Positions 46,435 through 55,403 of a stretch of DNA of 64,000 nucleotides are shown here, one piece after another. The translations under genes were made by a program, and so were the position numbers. The notes under the pieces were generated by a model. It searched no databases and had not been told where the DNA came from. It was given only the letters and a program-made list of their open reading frames with translations. Source of the stretch: an uncultured bacterium (GTDB taxonomy: Bacteria; Actinomycetota; Acidimicrobiia; Spongiisociales; UBA5794). Each line of letters opens with the position of its first letter. Position 1 is the stretch's first letter. The DNA lies in the NCBI GenBank assembly GCA_963801165.1, contig CAWDDT010000003.1:128001-192000 (forward strand), in the 5' to 3' direction.

Positions 46435-48996
46435 TCATGCATGCCGGGAAGGTCGATGTCTTGGAGGACGAGTGGAGAAGCTATGGAGATGTGTTGCGCG
46501 GCGGCCTAGGCGCGACGAGCGCGCCGCATCCAGCGGTTGTTCGGCTTCTTCGTAGAGAAGCGCCGCGTTGCGGAGTAGCCGCTCGGCCTCGCTCATATCG
46601 CCCCGGCTCTCAGCGATCGTCGCCGACGCCTCGGCTATCGCCGCTTTCCAGGCTGACCCTTTCCACATCATGGCCGAACGACGAGCCCGCATCAGATGCT
46701 CTTCGGCCCGGTCCGGGTATCCGGCGCTCGCCCAGACGTTGGCGAGAGGAACCTGGATCATGACCTGGCAGAACACACAGGACGTCGGGTCGTCCAGCAC
46801 CTCGGCAGCTTCCTCCGCCACCGTGACGCCACCGGGTATGTTCGGGGCCGTGCGAATGAGGGTGCCGTAGATGCGGGGAAGGACGTGCCGGGACATTGTC
46901 GACCATCGCCCCTGTCGCAGTGCCCGGCGAGCCAGATCCTCAGCTTCTGCGCGATTGCCCATGGCCAGCTCCACCTCGGCCAGCCGTTGCAGCGAGTGGG
47001 CGGCGCCGGCATCCGCGGTCAGCTCGCCGTAGACGCCGACGGCGTCCTGCAGGTTGGAGCGGGCTTCATCCAGGCGCCCGGCCAGATAGTCAGCTTCGCC
47101 GATCACACAGCTGGCGAAGGCCTCCGCCCGGCGTGCCCCGGTATCTCGCGCCAGATCGCGGAGTTCGGTGCCCATCCGTGTGATTTCGGTATTTGGCGTC
47201 GGGCCATACAACAGGTACTCCGCAACGCAAAGGTGGTTGTCGAAGATGCTCGATGCGAGCGCCGGGTTGGATCGGGTCGTTTGCAGCTCGCTCCGGACGC
47301 GGTCGAACCACTCTCCCCGGTCATGGGCAACCAGGCCCTGGAGCACGATGACATCGAGCATCTGGCTGGGAGTGTCCGGGGCCAGAACCAGAGGACGCGC
47401 TTGCTCGACGAGTCGAGCGGTTGTCTCGACGTCTCCGCGGAGATAGGAGAGCATCGCCCGGGCAAGCAAGATGGCGGCGTCTCCTGGATCACCTTCCGCT
47501 TCGAGCCCTTCCAATGCTTCGGCCGCGGTTGCTGTGTCGCCCGACAGCATGGCCGCCCGGGCCAGCCGGGCGCGCAGCACAGGAAGCTCCCGGGTGGGGG
47601 CGACCCGCAATGCCTCTCGGAACGCGGTGACCGCGGCCGGGTCACCTGCGGCCGTTAGGGACCAGCCCCGGAGCGAGAGCAGCTCGAGCCGGGAATCCGC
47701 GGCCGCGTGCTCCAAGCCCTTCTCGGTCCAGAACAGCACGTCGCGATGGAACCCGGCGCCTGCAGCCTGCTGCGCCGCGGCGACTGCGAACGGGACCACC
47801 TCCTCGGGGTGATCGCCTGCCAGAAAGTGACGGCCCACCCGATCCGGCGCAGCGCCTGCCTCGGCAAGGCGGCGAGCTGTGGTGCTGTGGAGCGCTTGAC
47901 GCCGGTAGGGCGGGACGAGCTCTCGCAACCTGTCTGCCGTGGCGTGGTCCCGGAATCGCAGGAGCCCGTCTTCCCCGTCCACGATCAGGCCGGCGGTTAG
48001 CCCCAGTTGGAGGATTTTGTCGGATGGCTCACCACGAAGACCGGTCGCGGCTCGGAACTCCATCAGGTCGAAGCTGTCGCCACCGAGCGCGACGGCCTGG
48101 AGCGGCTCCACCAACTCGGAAGGGGCCGACAGATGGGTCCATCCCGGTTCTGCAGATTCGAGCTCGATCCGGGTGGCAGCAGAGAACCAGGGGAGCCCGG
48201 GTCTGTGGGCGACGACCAGGGCCAGCGCGTGGACCGCGGTGAGCCGCTGAATGTGGGTGATCAGCGCTTGCGTCTCCGCATCGACGTACTCGACCCCTTC
48301 GAGGATGATCATGCAGGGATGGGCCGAACAGGCTCCCGCGACGACCTCGCGCACGGTCAGGAACAGGCGGGGCCGGCTGGAGGGGATGCCGGCTTCGCCG
48401 GTTCGGCGCAGCTCGGCCGCGACGGGGTCGGGCAGGGACGGTGCGGCAGGTCCGAGCCGCGACATGAGAGTATCCAGAGCCCGGAGCACACACCGGAACC
48501 GGATCAGGCCGTCGCCGGCACAACTGCTCCGTCCGACCGGTATCCCGGATCGCTCGGCAGCCGTATGGATCCGCTCCAGCAACTCAGTCCTCTCTCGGCC
48601 ATCGGCACCCTCGATCGCCCACGTGCCACCCTCACCCGACGACAAGCGGCCGACGATGGCGGCAACGATGTCCTTTTCCCCGCGGGGCGCAGCGTTGTCG
48701 GAAACCGGAGCGATGAACCTGTAGCCCTTGCGGTGGATCGTCTTGATGATGCGCTGGTCGCGCCCGTTGTCGCCGACGGCTTTTCGGGCCGACTTGATCC
48801 GGCTCGTCAGCGCCGACTCCGAAACGAACCGGGATCCCCAAACGGTGTCGAGCAGTTCGGTCTTGGGAACAACCCGATCGCGGTGCTCGATCAGATAGGA
48901 AAGGACGTCGAACACCTGTGGTTCCATCTCGACCAGCGTCCCGGAGCACCGCAGTTCCCTCTTGTCGGTATCCAGCTGGCACTCCCCAAAACGCAT
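46435..48996 (-). CDS. Large regulator: OmpR-type winged HTH, degenerate AAA/STAND domain and TPR
   Basis: EPQVFDVLSYL...TVWGSRFVSESALTSRIK...IKTIHRKGYRF; TPR-like C-terminus. Confidence 0.85.
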   Translation of the reverse strand: MRFGECQLDTDKRELRCSGTLVEMEPQVFDVLSYLIEHRDRVVPKTELLDTVWGSRFVSESALTSRIKSARKAVGDNGRDQRIIKTIHRKGYRFIAPVSDNAAPRGEKDIVAAIVGRLSSGEGGTWAIEGADGRERTELLERIHTAAERSGIPVGRSSCAGDGLIRFRCVLRALDTLMSRLGPAAPSLPDPVAAELRRTGEAGIPSSRPRLFLTVREVVAGACSAHPCMIILEGVEYVDAETQALITHIQRLTAVHALALVVAHRPGLPWFSAATRIELESAEPGWTHLSAPSELVEPLQAVALGGDSFDLMEFRAATGLRGEPSDKILQLGLTAGLIVDGEDGLLRFRDHATADRLRELVPPYRRQALHSTTARRLAEAGAAPDRVGRHFLAGDHPEEVVPFAVAAAQQAAGAGFHRDVLFWTEKGLEHAAADSRLELLSLRGWSLTAAGDPAAVTAFREALRVAPTRELPVLRARLARAAMLSGDTATAAEALEGLEAEGDPGDAAILLARAMLSYLRGDVETTARLVEQARPLVLAPDTPSQMLDVIVLQGLVAHDRGEWFDRVRSELQTTRSNPALASSIFDNHLCVAEYLLYGPTPNTEITRMGTELRDLARDTGARRAEAFASCVIGEADYLAGRLDEARSNLQDAVGVYGELTADAGAAHSLQRLAEVELAMGNRAEAEDLARRALRQGRWSTMSRHVLPRIYGTLIRTAPNIPGGVTVAEEAAEVLDDPTSCVFCQVMIQVPLANVWASAGYPDRAEEHLMRARRSAMMWKGSAWKAAIAEASATIAESRGDMSEAERLLRNAALLYEEAEQPLDAARSSRLGRRATHLHSFSTRPPRHRPSRHA

Positions 48997-49072
48997 GAAC
49001 TCAACCTACTCCCGGGTGACGCGAGCCGGGTTCGGAGGCGACGACTCGACGATCAGCAGCGCGCCGGGCGAG

Positions 49073-49117
49073 TTGGCCGGCGCCACATCCGGGGGATACA
49101 ATCGATCAACGATTATC
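49073..49117 (+). promoter_or_regulatory. Promoter plus degenerate copy of the shared operator
   Basis: TTGGCC(49073)-N18-TACAAT(49097), overlapped by ATCGATCAACGATTAT (12/16 to the motif). Confidence 0.5.
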
Positions 49118-49121
49118 CGGG

Positions 49122-49523
49122 ATGACGCATATGGGGAGCACCTTCCACCACGTCCACATCAAGTCGAGGGATCCACGGGGAAGCGCCCGGTGGTGGCACG
49201 ACATGTTCGGCGCGACGATCCTTCCCGAAGCCGGGTTCGGCACGATGTTGTTTGTTCCCATCGTCCTCGACGGTGTCCGGATCAATATCACCGGGCACGG
49301 TCCGGAGGAAGTTGCCGGGATGGCAGAACCACAGCCCATCCCATATTTCGGGCTGGAGCACATCGGCGTCCACGTCGACGACCTCGACGCCGTGCTCGGC
49401 CGGTGCACCGACCAGGGTCTACCCATCCTCGAGCGTCGCCCCGGTGCCGGCGGGTACGAGATCGCCTATGTCACCACACCCGACGGTGTGTGTCTCGAGC
49501 TGCTCTCCGGCGGTCCGACCTGA
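49122..49523 (+). CDS. VOC/glyoxalase-family protein
   Basis: FHHVHI, LEHIGVHVDD, TPDGVCLEL. Confidence 0.88.
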   Translation: MTHMGSTFHHVHIKSRDPRGSARWWHDMFGATILPEAGFGTMLFVPIVLDGVRINITGHGPEEVAGMAEPQPIPYFGLEHIGVHVDDLDAVLGRCTDQGLPILERRPGAGGYEIAYVTTPDGVCLELLSGGPT

Positions 49524-49542
49524 TGCCGGCGGCGGCGCAGCG

Positions 49543-50433
49543 ATGAAGCGTTTGCGGAGTTTCGATTACCACGAGCCGGGTTCTCTCCAGGGTGCTATCG
49601 AGGCTCTGGTCAGCTCGGGAGCCGATGCGAGGGTGCTTGCCGGGGGAACCGATCTTCTCGTCGACATCAAGACGGACCGGGTCCGGGTCGGCACGGTCGT
49701 CAATCTCAAGCGAATCAACGGTCTCGAAGGCATCGAGACAGTACCGGGCGGGACCCGGATCGGAGCCCTGACGAGAGTCACGACCGTCGAGCATTCCGGG
49801 TTGGTCGGCCGGCTCTACCCTGGACTGGCCGAAGCTGCCTCGGTGCTGGCGTCGCCGCAGATCCGGGCCCTGGCCACCATCGGTGGCAACGTAGGCAGGG
49901 CCTCGCCTGCGTCCGATCTCGGGCCGGCGCTCATCGTGCACGAGGCGGCGGCCGAAATCGCCGGACCTGACGGTGCCCGCATGCAGGCAGTAGAGGATCT
50001 CTACACCGGCCCCGGAACGACAAACCTGGCGCCGGCTGAGATCATCGCCTCTTTCTTGATCCCGAATCCCCGAGAACGGTTTGGATCCGCCCACGTGAAA
50101 CTGGGCAAGCGAGGCAGCGGCACCGACATTGCCATCGCCGCGGTCTCCGCGGCGTGCACCCTGGGTGCCGACGGCCTGGTCGAGAGGTGCCGGGTTGCCC
50201 TCGCCTCCCTGGCCCCGAAACCGGTGCGAGCACCCTCGGTCGAGGCAGCGCTCCTCGGCTGCCGCGGCGGCGACGATGCCCTTGCCCGGGCGGCTGCTGC
50301 GGTGCGCGATGACATCTCGCCCATCGACGATGTCCGCGCCTCCGCCGGGTACCGCACCCATGTTGCACGGGTGCTGACGATGGCGGCGCTGCGGCGAGCA
50401 TGCGCCATCGCCGGGGGTGGAGGCATCGCATGA
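49543..50433 (+). CDS. Molybdenum hydroxylase FAD subunit (CoxM/XdhB-like)
   Basis: LAGGTDL, QIRALATIGGN, SPASD, PIDDVRASAGYR. Confidence 0.93.
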   Translation: MKRLRSFDYHEPGSLQGAIEALVSSGADARVLAGGTDLLVDIKTDRVRVGTVVNLKRINGLEGIETVPGGTRIGALTRVTTVEHSGLVGRLYPGLAEAASVLASPQIRALATIGGNVGRASPASDLGPALIVHEAAAEIAGPDGARMQAVEDLYTGPGTTNLAPAEIIASFLIPNPRERFGSAHVKLGKRGSGTDIAIAAVSAACTLGADGLVERCRVALASLAPKPVRAPSVEAALLGCRGGDDALARAAAAVRDDISPIDDVRASAGYRTHVARVLTMAALRRACAIAGGGGIA

Positions 50434-50897
50434 CGTTGCGATTGAAGATCCGGGTCAACGATGCAATGCGAGATGTCGAGGTGGTGCCGGCCACGACACT
50501 GCTCGAGGCGCTCCGCGATGACCTGTTCCTCACCGGCGTCAAGGAGGGTTGCGGCGTCGGTGAATGTGGGACCTGTGTGGTGCTCGTCGACGGCGAGGCG
50601 GTGATGTCGTGTCTCGTGCTGGCCGCGGACGCGGTCGGTCACGAGATCGTGACGGTGGAGGGTCTCGCCATCGACGGCGAGCTAAGCCCCGTGCAGCGTG
50701 AGTTCGTCGCGGCGGGTGCGTTGCAGTGCGGATTCTGCACGCCGGCCATGGTGCTGACCGCAACGGCGCTGCTGCGCCATGATCCGCATCCAACCCCCGC
50801 TGCGATCAAGAATGCGCTCGGCGGGGTGTTGTGCCGGTGCGGGGCGTATCCCAAGATCATCGAGGCCGTGGTGGCCGCCTCCGGGGAGGAATCATGA
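50430..50897 (+). CDS. Molybdenum hydroxylase 2x[2Fe-2S] subunit (CoxS-like)
   Basis: GCGVGECGTC...C, QCGFCTP, LCRC. Confidence 0.95.
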   Translation: MTLRLKIRVNDAMRDVEVVPATTLLEALRDDLFLTGVKEGCGVGECGTCVVLVDGEAVMSCLVLAADAVGHEIVTVEGLAIDGELSPVQREFVAAGALQCGFCTPAMVLTATALLRHDPHPTPAAIKNALGGVLCRCGAYPKIIEAVVAASGEES

Positions 50898-53197
50898 CGA
50901 CCTACGTCGGCGCCCGGGTACCCCGCCTCGATTCCACGGCAAAAGTCACCGGGCGAGCGGTCTACGGGGTGGACGTGACGCTTCCCGGCATGCTCCACGG
51001 AGCTGTGGTGCGCAGCCCGTATCCACACGCCCGCATCGTTTCCATCTCCACCGGGGAGGCCGAGAACTTCCCCGGTGTCGAAGCGGTGGTCACCGGGAGG
51101 GATTTTCCCCACTTGCACGGCTCGGCGATCCAGGATCAGCCCTATCTCGCCATCGACCGGGTTCGCCACGCCGGGGAGCCAGTGGTGGCGGTGGCGGCGA
51201 CGACTGAGCATGCGGCTCAGGAAGCAGCCCGGCTGGTGCGGGTCGAGTACGAGGAGCTTCCCGCCCTCCTCGACATGAGGGAGGCGCTGGCAGACACCGC
51301 CCCGCTTGTCCATCCCGAGCTCCACAGTTACAGCCGGGGCTCGCACGAGATCGTCCCCCATACCAACATCAACACGCTGTACCGTCTCGCCAAGGGAGAC
51401 GTCGTGGCCGGGTTCGCAGCCGCCGACCTGATCGTCGAAGGCGAATACACGGCCAATGCTCTCAGCCACGCCGCACTCGAGGTCCATGTCGCCGTTGCCC
51501 GGTACGAGCCGGACACGGCGGGCTACACGCTTTGGGTATCCACGGATCGCCCGTTTTTCCTGCGCGACGAGATCGCAAGCAGCCTCGGGCTCGACAGCAC
51601 CGACGTCCGGCTGATCGTGGCCGCGGTCGGCGGATCGTTCGGTGGCAAGGGCATCCCGATCGCAGAAGCGATCGCCATTGCGCTCGCCCGGCACGCGGGA
51701 GGGCGACCGGTGCGCGTCGAGCTGTCCCGGGAGGAGGACCTGGTCGCCTCCCAGCATCGGGTTCCGGCAATCATGAAGCTAAAGACCGGTGTCACGCGGG
51801 GCGGAATGCTGACCGCCCGCAGTGCCGAGATCATCTGGGACAGCGGGGCATACACGGCGTACACGGTGGGGGTCGCCATCCGGGGCTCGCAGACGATCGT
51901 CGGGCCTTACCGCATTCCGAACGTCGAGCTTCTCTCCCGCCAGGTGTACACCAACAGGCCGGTCACCGGGTCCTACCGGGGTTACGGGACAACGCAGGTC
52001 ACCTGGGCCTGCGAGTCTCACATGGATGAGATCGCCGACCTTCTCGAGATGGATCCCGTCGAGTTCCGCCTGGCCAACGCCTACGAGGAGGGCGACCCCT
52101 ATCTCAACGGTCAGGTCATGCACGGCGTTGGAGTCCGCGAGACGATCGAACGTGCCAGCGCCGGCATCGGGTGGGGGAGTGGCGAGCGAAGTCCGGCGCC
52201 GCATCGGCGACGGGGTAAGGGCATCGCAACGATGCTCAAACCGACAATGACCCCATCCAGCTCGAACTGCGTGATCAATGTCGAAGCCGACGGGCGCGTG
52301 GTGGTTGTCGCGGCGGCGCCGGAGATCGGGGCGGGTCAAGACACGGTTCTGGCGCAGATGGCCGCGGACGCCATCGGCGTCCCGCTGGAGTCAGTGGTCG
52401 TACCCGCAACCGACACCGCACTGTCCCCATACAACGGGCCGGTTGCGTCGAGCCGCACCACCTACCACATGGGCAATGCGATCCTCGCTGCCGGAGCGGA
52501 CATTCGTGATCAGATCCTCGAGCTCGCGGCCACGACCCTGGAGGTCGACCCGACCGACCTTGATCTCAACGACGGCATTGTCTACGACGGGGCGGGCACC
52601 CGCGTCATGACTCTGCGGGAGCTTTTGGCGCGCCACGCAGGTGCGGGACTGTCGTTGACAGCCGGGGCACGCTTCTCGACCGAGGGTTCTCCGCTGCTGA
52701 AGGCGGACCCCGGCGTCGAGTGGATCAGCAGCATCTTCTGGATGTTCTGTACCCAGGCCGTCGAGATCGAAGTCGACACTCAAACCGGTGTCATCGAGGT
52801 GCTGAACGTCGCCGCAGCAGCCGATGTCGGCAGGGCCATTAACCCGATGACCTGCGAGCAACAGATCGAGGGGGGTGTGATCATGGGGCTGTCCAATGCC
52901 CTCTTCGAAGGCTTTGTGATGCGAGATGGGCGAATCATCAACGGGAGCTTTGCCGACTACAAGGTGGCGACCATCCACGATCTCCCCGTGATAACTCCGA
53001 TTCTTGTCGAGTCGATGCACCGGGAGGCGCCGTTTGGCGCCAAGGGCATCGGCGAGCCTGCCGCAGCAGCAACCCCTCCAGCCATCGCCAACGCGCTCTA
53101 CGACGCGGTCGGGATTCGCATTCGAGATCTACCGATAACACCAGAGAAGGTCGTGACTGCGCTTGCCGGGTTGCCGCACACTGGAGACGACGGCTGA
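50894..53197 (+). CDS. Xanthine-dehydrogenase-family molybdopterin subunit
   Basis: KVTGRAVY, VGGSFGGK, SYRGYG, SSRTT, AKGIGE. Confidence 0.93.
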   Translation: MTTYVGARVPRLDSTAKVTGRAVYGVDVTLPGMLHGAVVRSPYPHARIVSISTGEAENFPGVEAVVTGRDFPHLHGSAIQDQPYLAIDRVRHAGEPVVAVAATTEHAAQEAARLVRVEYEELPALLDMREALADTAPLVHPELHSYSRGSHEIVPHTNINTLYRLAKGDVVAGFAAADLIVEGEYTANALSHAALEVHVAVARYEPDTAGYTLWVSTDRPFFLRDEIASSLGLDSTDVRLIVAAVGGSFGGKGIPIAEAIAIALARHAGGRPVRVELSREEDLVASQHRVPAIMKLKTGVTRGGMLTARSAEIIWDSGAYTAYTVGVAIRGSQTIVGPYRIPNVELLSRQVYTNRPVTGSYRGYGTTQVTWACESHMDEIADLLEMDPVEFRLANAYEEGDPYLNGQVMHGVGVRETIERASAGIGWGSGERSPAPHRRRGKGIATMLKPTMTPSSSNCVINVEADGRVVVVAAAPEIGAGQDTVLAQMAADAIGVPLESVVVPATDTALSPYNGPVASSRTTYHMGNAILAAGADIRDQILELAATTLEVDPTDLDLNDGIVYDGAGTRVMTLRELLARHAGAGLSLTAGARFSTEGSPLLKADPGVEWISSIFWMFCTQAVEIEVDTQTGVIEVLNVAAAADVGRAINPMTCEQQIEGGVIMGLSNALFEGFVMRDGRIINGSFADYKVATIHDLPVITPILVESMHREAPFGAKGIGEPAAAATPPAIANALYDAVGIRIRDLPITPEKVVTALAGLPHTGDDG

Positions 53198-53251
53198 CGT
53201 GTGCCGGGCCGACGCCTCCATCGCGGGCTCTCCCCACCTCCCATTTTGGAG

Positions 53252-53305
53252 TTGACGCGACCATGTCGAAATCCGTAGTGTTATGGGTGATCGATTATCG
53301 AGGAT
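53252..53305 (+). promoter_or_regulatory. Promoter plus shared regulon operator, copy 2
   Basis: TTGACG(53252)-N18-TAGTGT(53276), then TGATCGATTATCGAGGAT 53288-53305. Confidence 0.8.
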
Positions 53306-53524
53306 CGCCGTGTGCCAACGTCGAGAGTCAACAGATCCACCTGATTCTCAGGCCTCGAACCTCGTTCCCGCGGCTTTCAGCAAAGCCTGTCTTCACCCCG
53401 TATCGCGTGATGGTGGAGGGCACGACAATCCTCGGGTACCCGAGACAAGGGGGGTTCACTCGTAGTTCTGCGCCCCTGTGGGCCTTCGGACACGCACACG
53501 TTGGACAGGAAGGAGATTTGCCGT

Positions 53525-55279
53525 ATGGCAGACACCAGCAAGGTCGTCGCTCAGTTCTTGGGTGACGAGAGCTTCCCCATCGAGTGGGAAGACGAGAAGG
53601 AAAAGGATCTCTTCTGGGTCTATGACGACCTGCATTGCCCGAGGCCCGTGTCGCCGATGTACTACGACATCGCGGTCTGGACTCTGACGTGCGATCACAT
53701 GTTCCGCCGCTTTGGCACGCCCTTTGCGTCGGATTGGATCGCCAAGGTCGTCAACGGCTATCTGTACACGGCCGCCGTTCCCCCGGACCCGGATATGGCT
53801 GTACCGGCGGGCGAGTTTGGCAACATGTACTACCCGCGGGTTCCCAGGGACGACCCGGCGTACGCCTCCAAGATCGGTGCCTACCTGGGCGCGGTGCTGC
53901 CTGTGTACGGCGCCAACTTCCCCGACTGGTGGCATGACCGGCTCGTGCCCGAGATGAGCAAGAACCTGGCTTATCTCGAGGACAAGATCGACAACTGGGA
54001 GGCCATCTCGCTCATGGAGTGGGCTGTGATCCTCGAAGACGCGATCGACATCCTGGATCGTCACTGGAAGATCCACTGGATGCTCAACTTCGCCCAGCTG
54101 TCATCGACCCTGGCGCTGCGGGGGGCCCTCGGTGCTGCGCTCGGTGGTGACGACAAGGTCACCAAGAAGCACGAGGAGATCCTCGGCCGTCTCCAGAACT
54201 CGTCGTCGGACCGCAACTGGGACGCCATTGGTGTTCTCGTTGGTCTCAAGGACGAGGTCAAGGGCGACCCGACGCTCAAGGAGGCGTTCAGCAACGAGAG
54301 CGGCGCTGAGATCCTGGCTGCGCTGCAGGCCACCGATCGGGGCCGGCAATTCCTCGACGGCGGGCTCAAGGGCTACCAGCGCGAGTTCGGCTGGCACGCC
54401 GTGTGGAGCCACGAGTTCATCTACCCGTCGCGTTTCGAGACGCCGGAGCCGGTGCTCGACGTGATCAAGGGCTATCTCGACTCCGACTACGACCACAAGG
54501 CGATCGTCGCCCGGCTGGCCGAGGACATCAAGAAAGCCTCGGAGGAGCTCCTCGACGGGATTCCCGACGGCGATGCCAAAGAAACGCTCAGGGGGGCCAA
54601 CGCGATCAACCTGAGAATCGCTCCGCTCACCCCCGACCATCACTTCTACATCGATCAGGGCACCCACCAGCACGTGCGGGTGGTTCTGCTCCGCATTGGT
54701 CAGAAGCTGGTCGACATGGGTGCTCTCACCGAGCCCGATGACACCATCTACCTGAAGTACCAGGAGCTGCGTTATCTGATGGGTGACCCGGAGCACTTCG
54801 ATGCGAAGAGCATCGTCGCCGCACGCCGGGCTCAGCGTGCCGAGGACGAGAAGATCCGTCCCCCGGACTTCATCGGCACCGCCACCGAAGACCAGCTCCA
54901 GTTCCCGTATCTGAATCTGTGGGGCTTCCCCGAGAAGCTGCAGTTCGATACGGAGACCAAGGGCAGGGTCGAGGGTCTCGGCGTGTCTCCCGGCGTGGTC
55001 GAAGGCACGGCCAAGGTGGTGGCATCGCCGGCGGAGTTCGACCAGGTCAAGCACGGCGACATCCTGGTGTGCCAGATGACGAACCCGGCGTGGACCCCGC
55101 TGTTTGCCATCATCAGCGGCATCGTCTGTGACGCAGGCGGCATGGTCGCACATCCGGCCGTCATGGCTCGTGAGTTCGGTATCCCGGGGGTCACGGGCAC
55201 GGGTGTGGCCACACGTGAGATCAAGACCGGTGACAAGCTGCGCGTCGACGGCACCAACGGCGTGGTCGAGATCCTCTGA
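53525..55279 (+). CDS. PEP-utilising enzyme (phenylphosphate synthase subunit A/RPH-like): substrate domain plus phospho-His swivel domain, no ATP-grasp
   Basis: FWVYDDLHCPRP N-terminal motif; GLGVSPGVVEG, ILVCQMTNPAWTP, AHPAVMAREFGIP, VDGTNGVV. Confidence 0.85.
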   Translation: MADTSKVVAQFLGDESFPIEWEDEKEKDLFWVYDDLHCPRPVSPMYYDIAVWTLTCDHMFRRFGTPFASDWIAKVVNGYLYTAAVPPDPDMAVPAGEFGNMYYPRVPRDDPAYASKIGAYLGAVLPVYGANFPDWWHDRLVPEMSKNLAYLEDKIDNWEAISLMEWAVILEDAIDILDRHWKIHWMLNFAQLSSTLALRGALGAALGGDDKVTKKHEEILGRLQNSSSDRNWDAIGVLVGLKDEVKGDPTLKEAFSNESGAEILAALQATDRGRQFLDGGLKGYQREFGWHAVWSHEFIYPSRFETPEPVLDVIKGYLDSDYDHKAIVARLAEDIKKASEELLDGIPDGDAKETLRGANAINLRIAPLTPDHHFYIDQGTHQHVRVVLLRIGQKLVDMGALTEPDDTIYLKYQELRYLMGDPEHFDAKSIVAARRAQRAEDEKIRPPDFIGTATEDQLQFPYLNLWGFPEKLQFDTETKGRVEGLGVSPGVVEGTAKVVASPAEFDQVKHGDILVCQMTNPAWTPLFAIISGIVCDAGGMVAHPAVMAREFGIPGVTGTGVATREIKTGDKLRVDGTNGVVEIL

Positions 55280-55296
55280 GCCCGATCCTCCTCGAG

Positions 55297-55327
55297 CGGC
55301 CGGGCCCGCCTCAGGCGGGCCCGGCCG
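55297..55327 (+). terminator. GC-rich intercistronic stem-loop
   Basis: CGGCCGGGCCCGCC-TCA-GGCGGGCCCGGCCG. Confidence 0.65.
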
Positions 55328-55403
55328 TCCCGTTGGGGTTTCAGAGGCGCAGCGAGAGCGACGAGAATGAGGTTGTCTGGTAGGGAACCCGAGGAGTAAC
55401 GAT

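Noticed and set aside
49543-53197. coxMSL-like gene order, considered as aerobic CO dehydrogenase
   Set aside because: The large subunit has SYRGYG, not the form I AYRCSFR motif, and no cox accessory genes are present
49543-55279. Anaerobic phenol degradation (Pps plus 4-hydroxybenzoyl-CoA reductase)
   Set aside because: No UbiD-type phenylphosphate carboxylase, CoA ligase or ppsB, and the FAD subunit lacks the HcrB [4Fe-4S] insert
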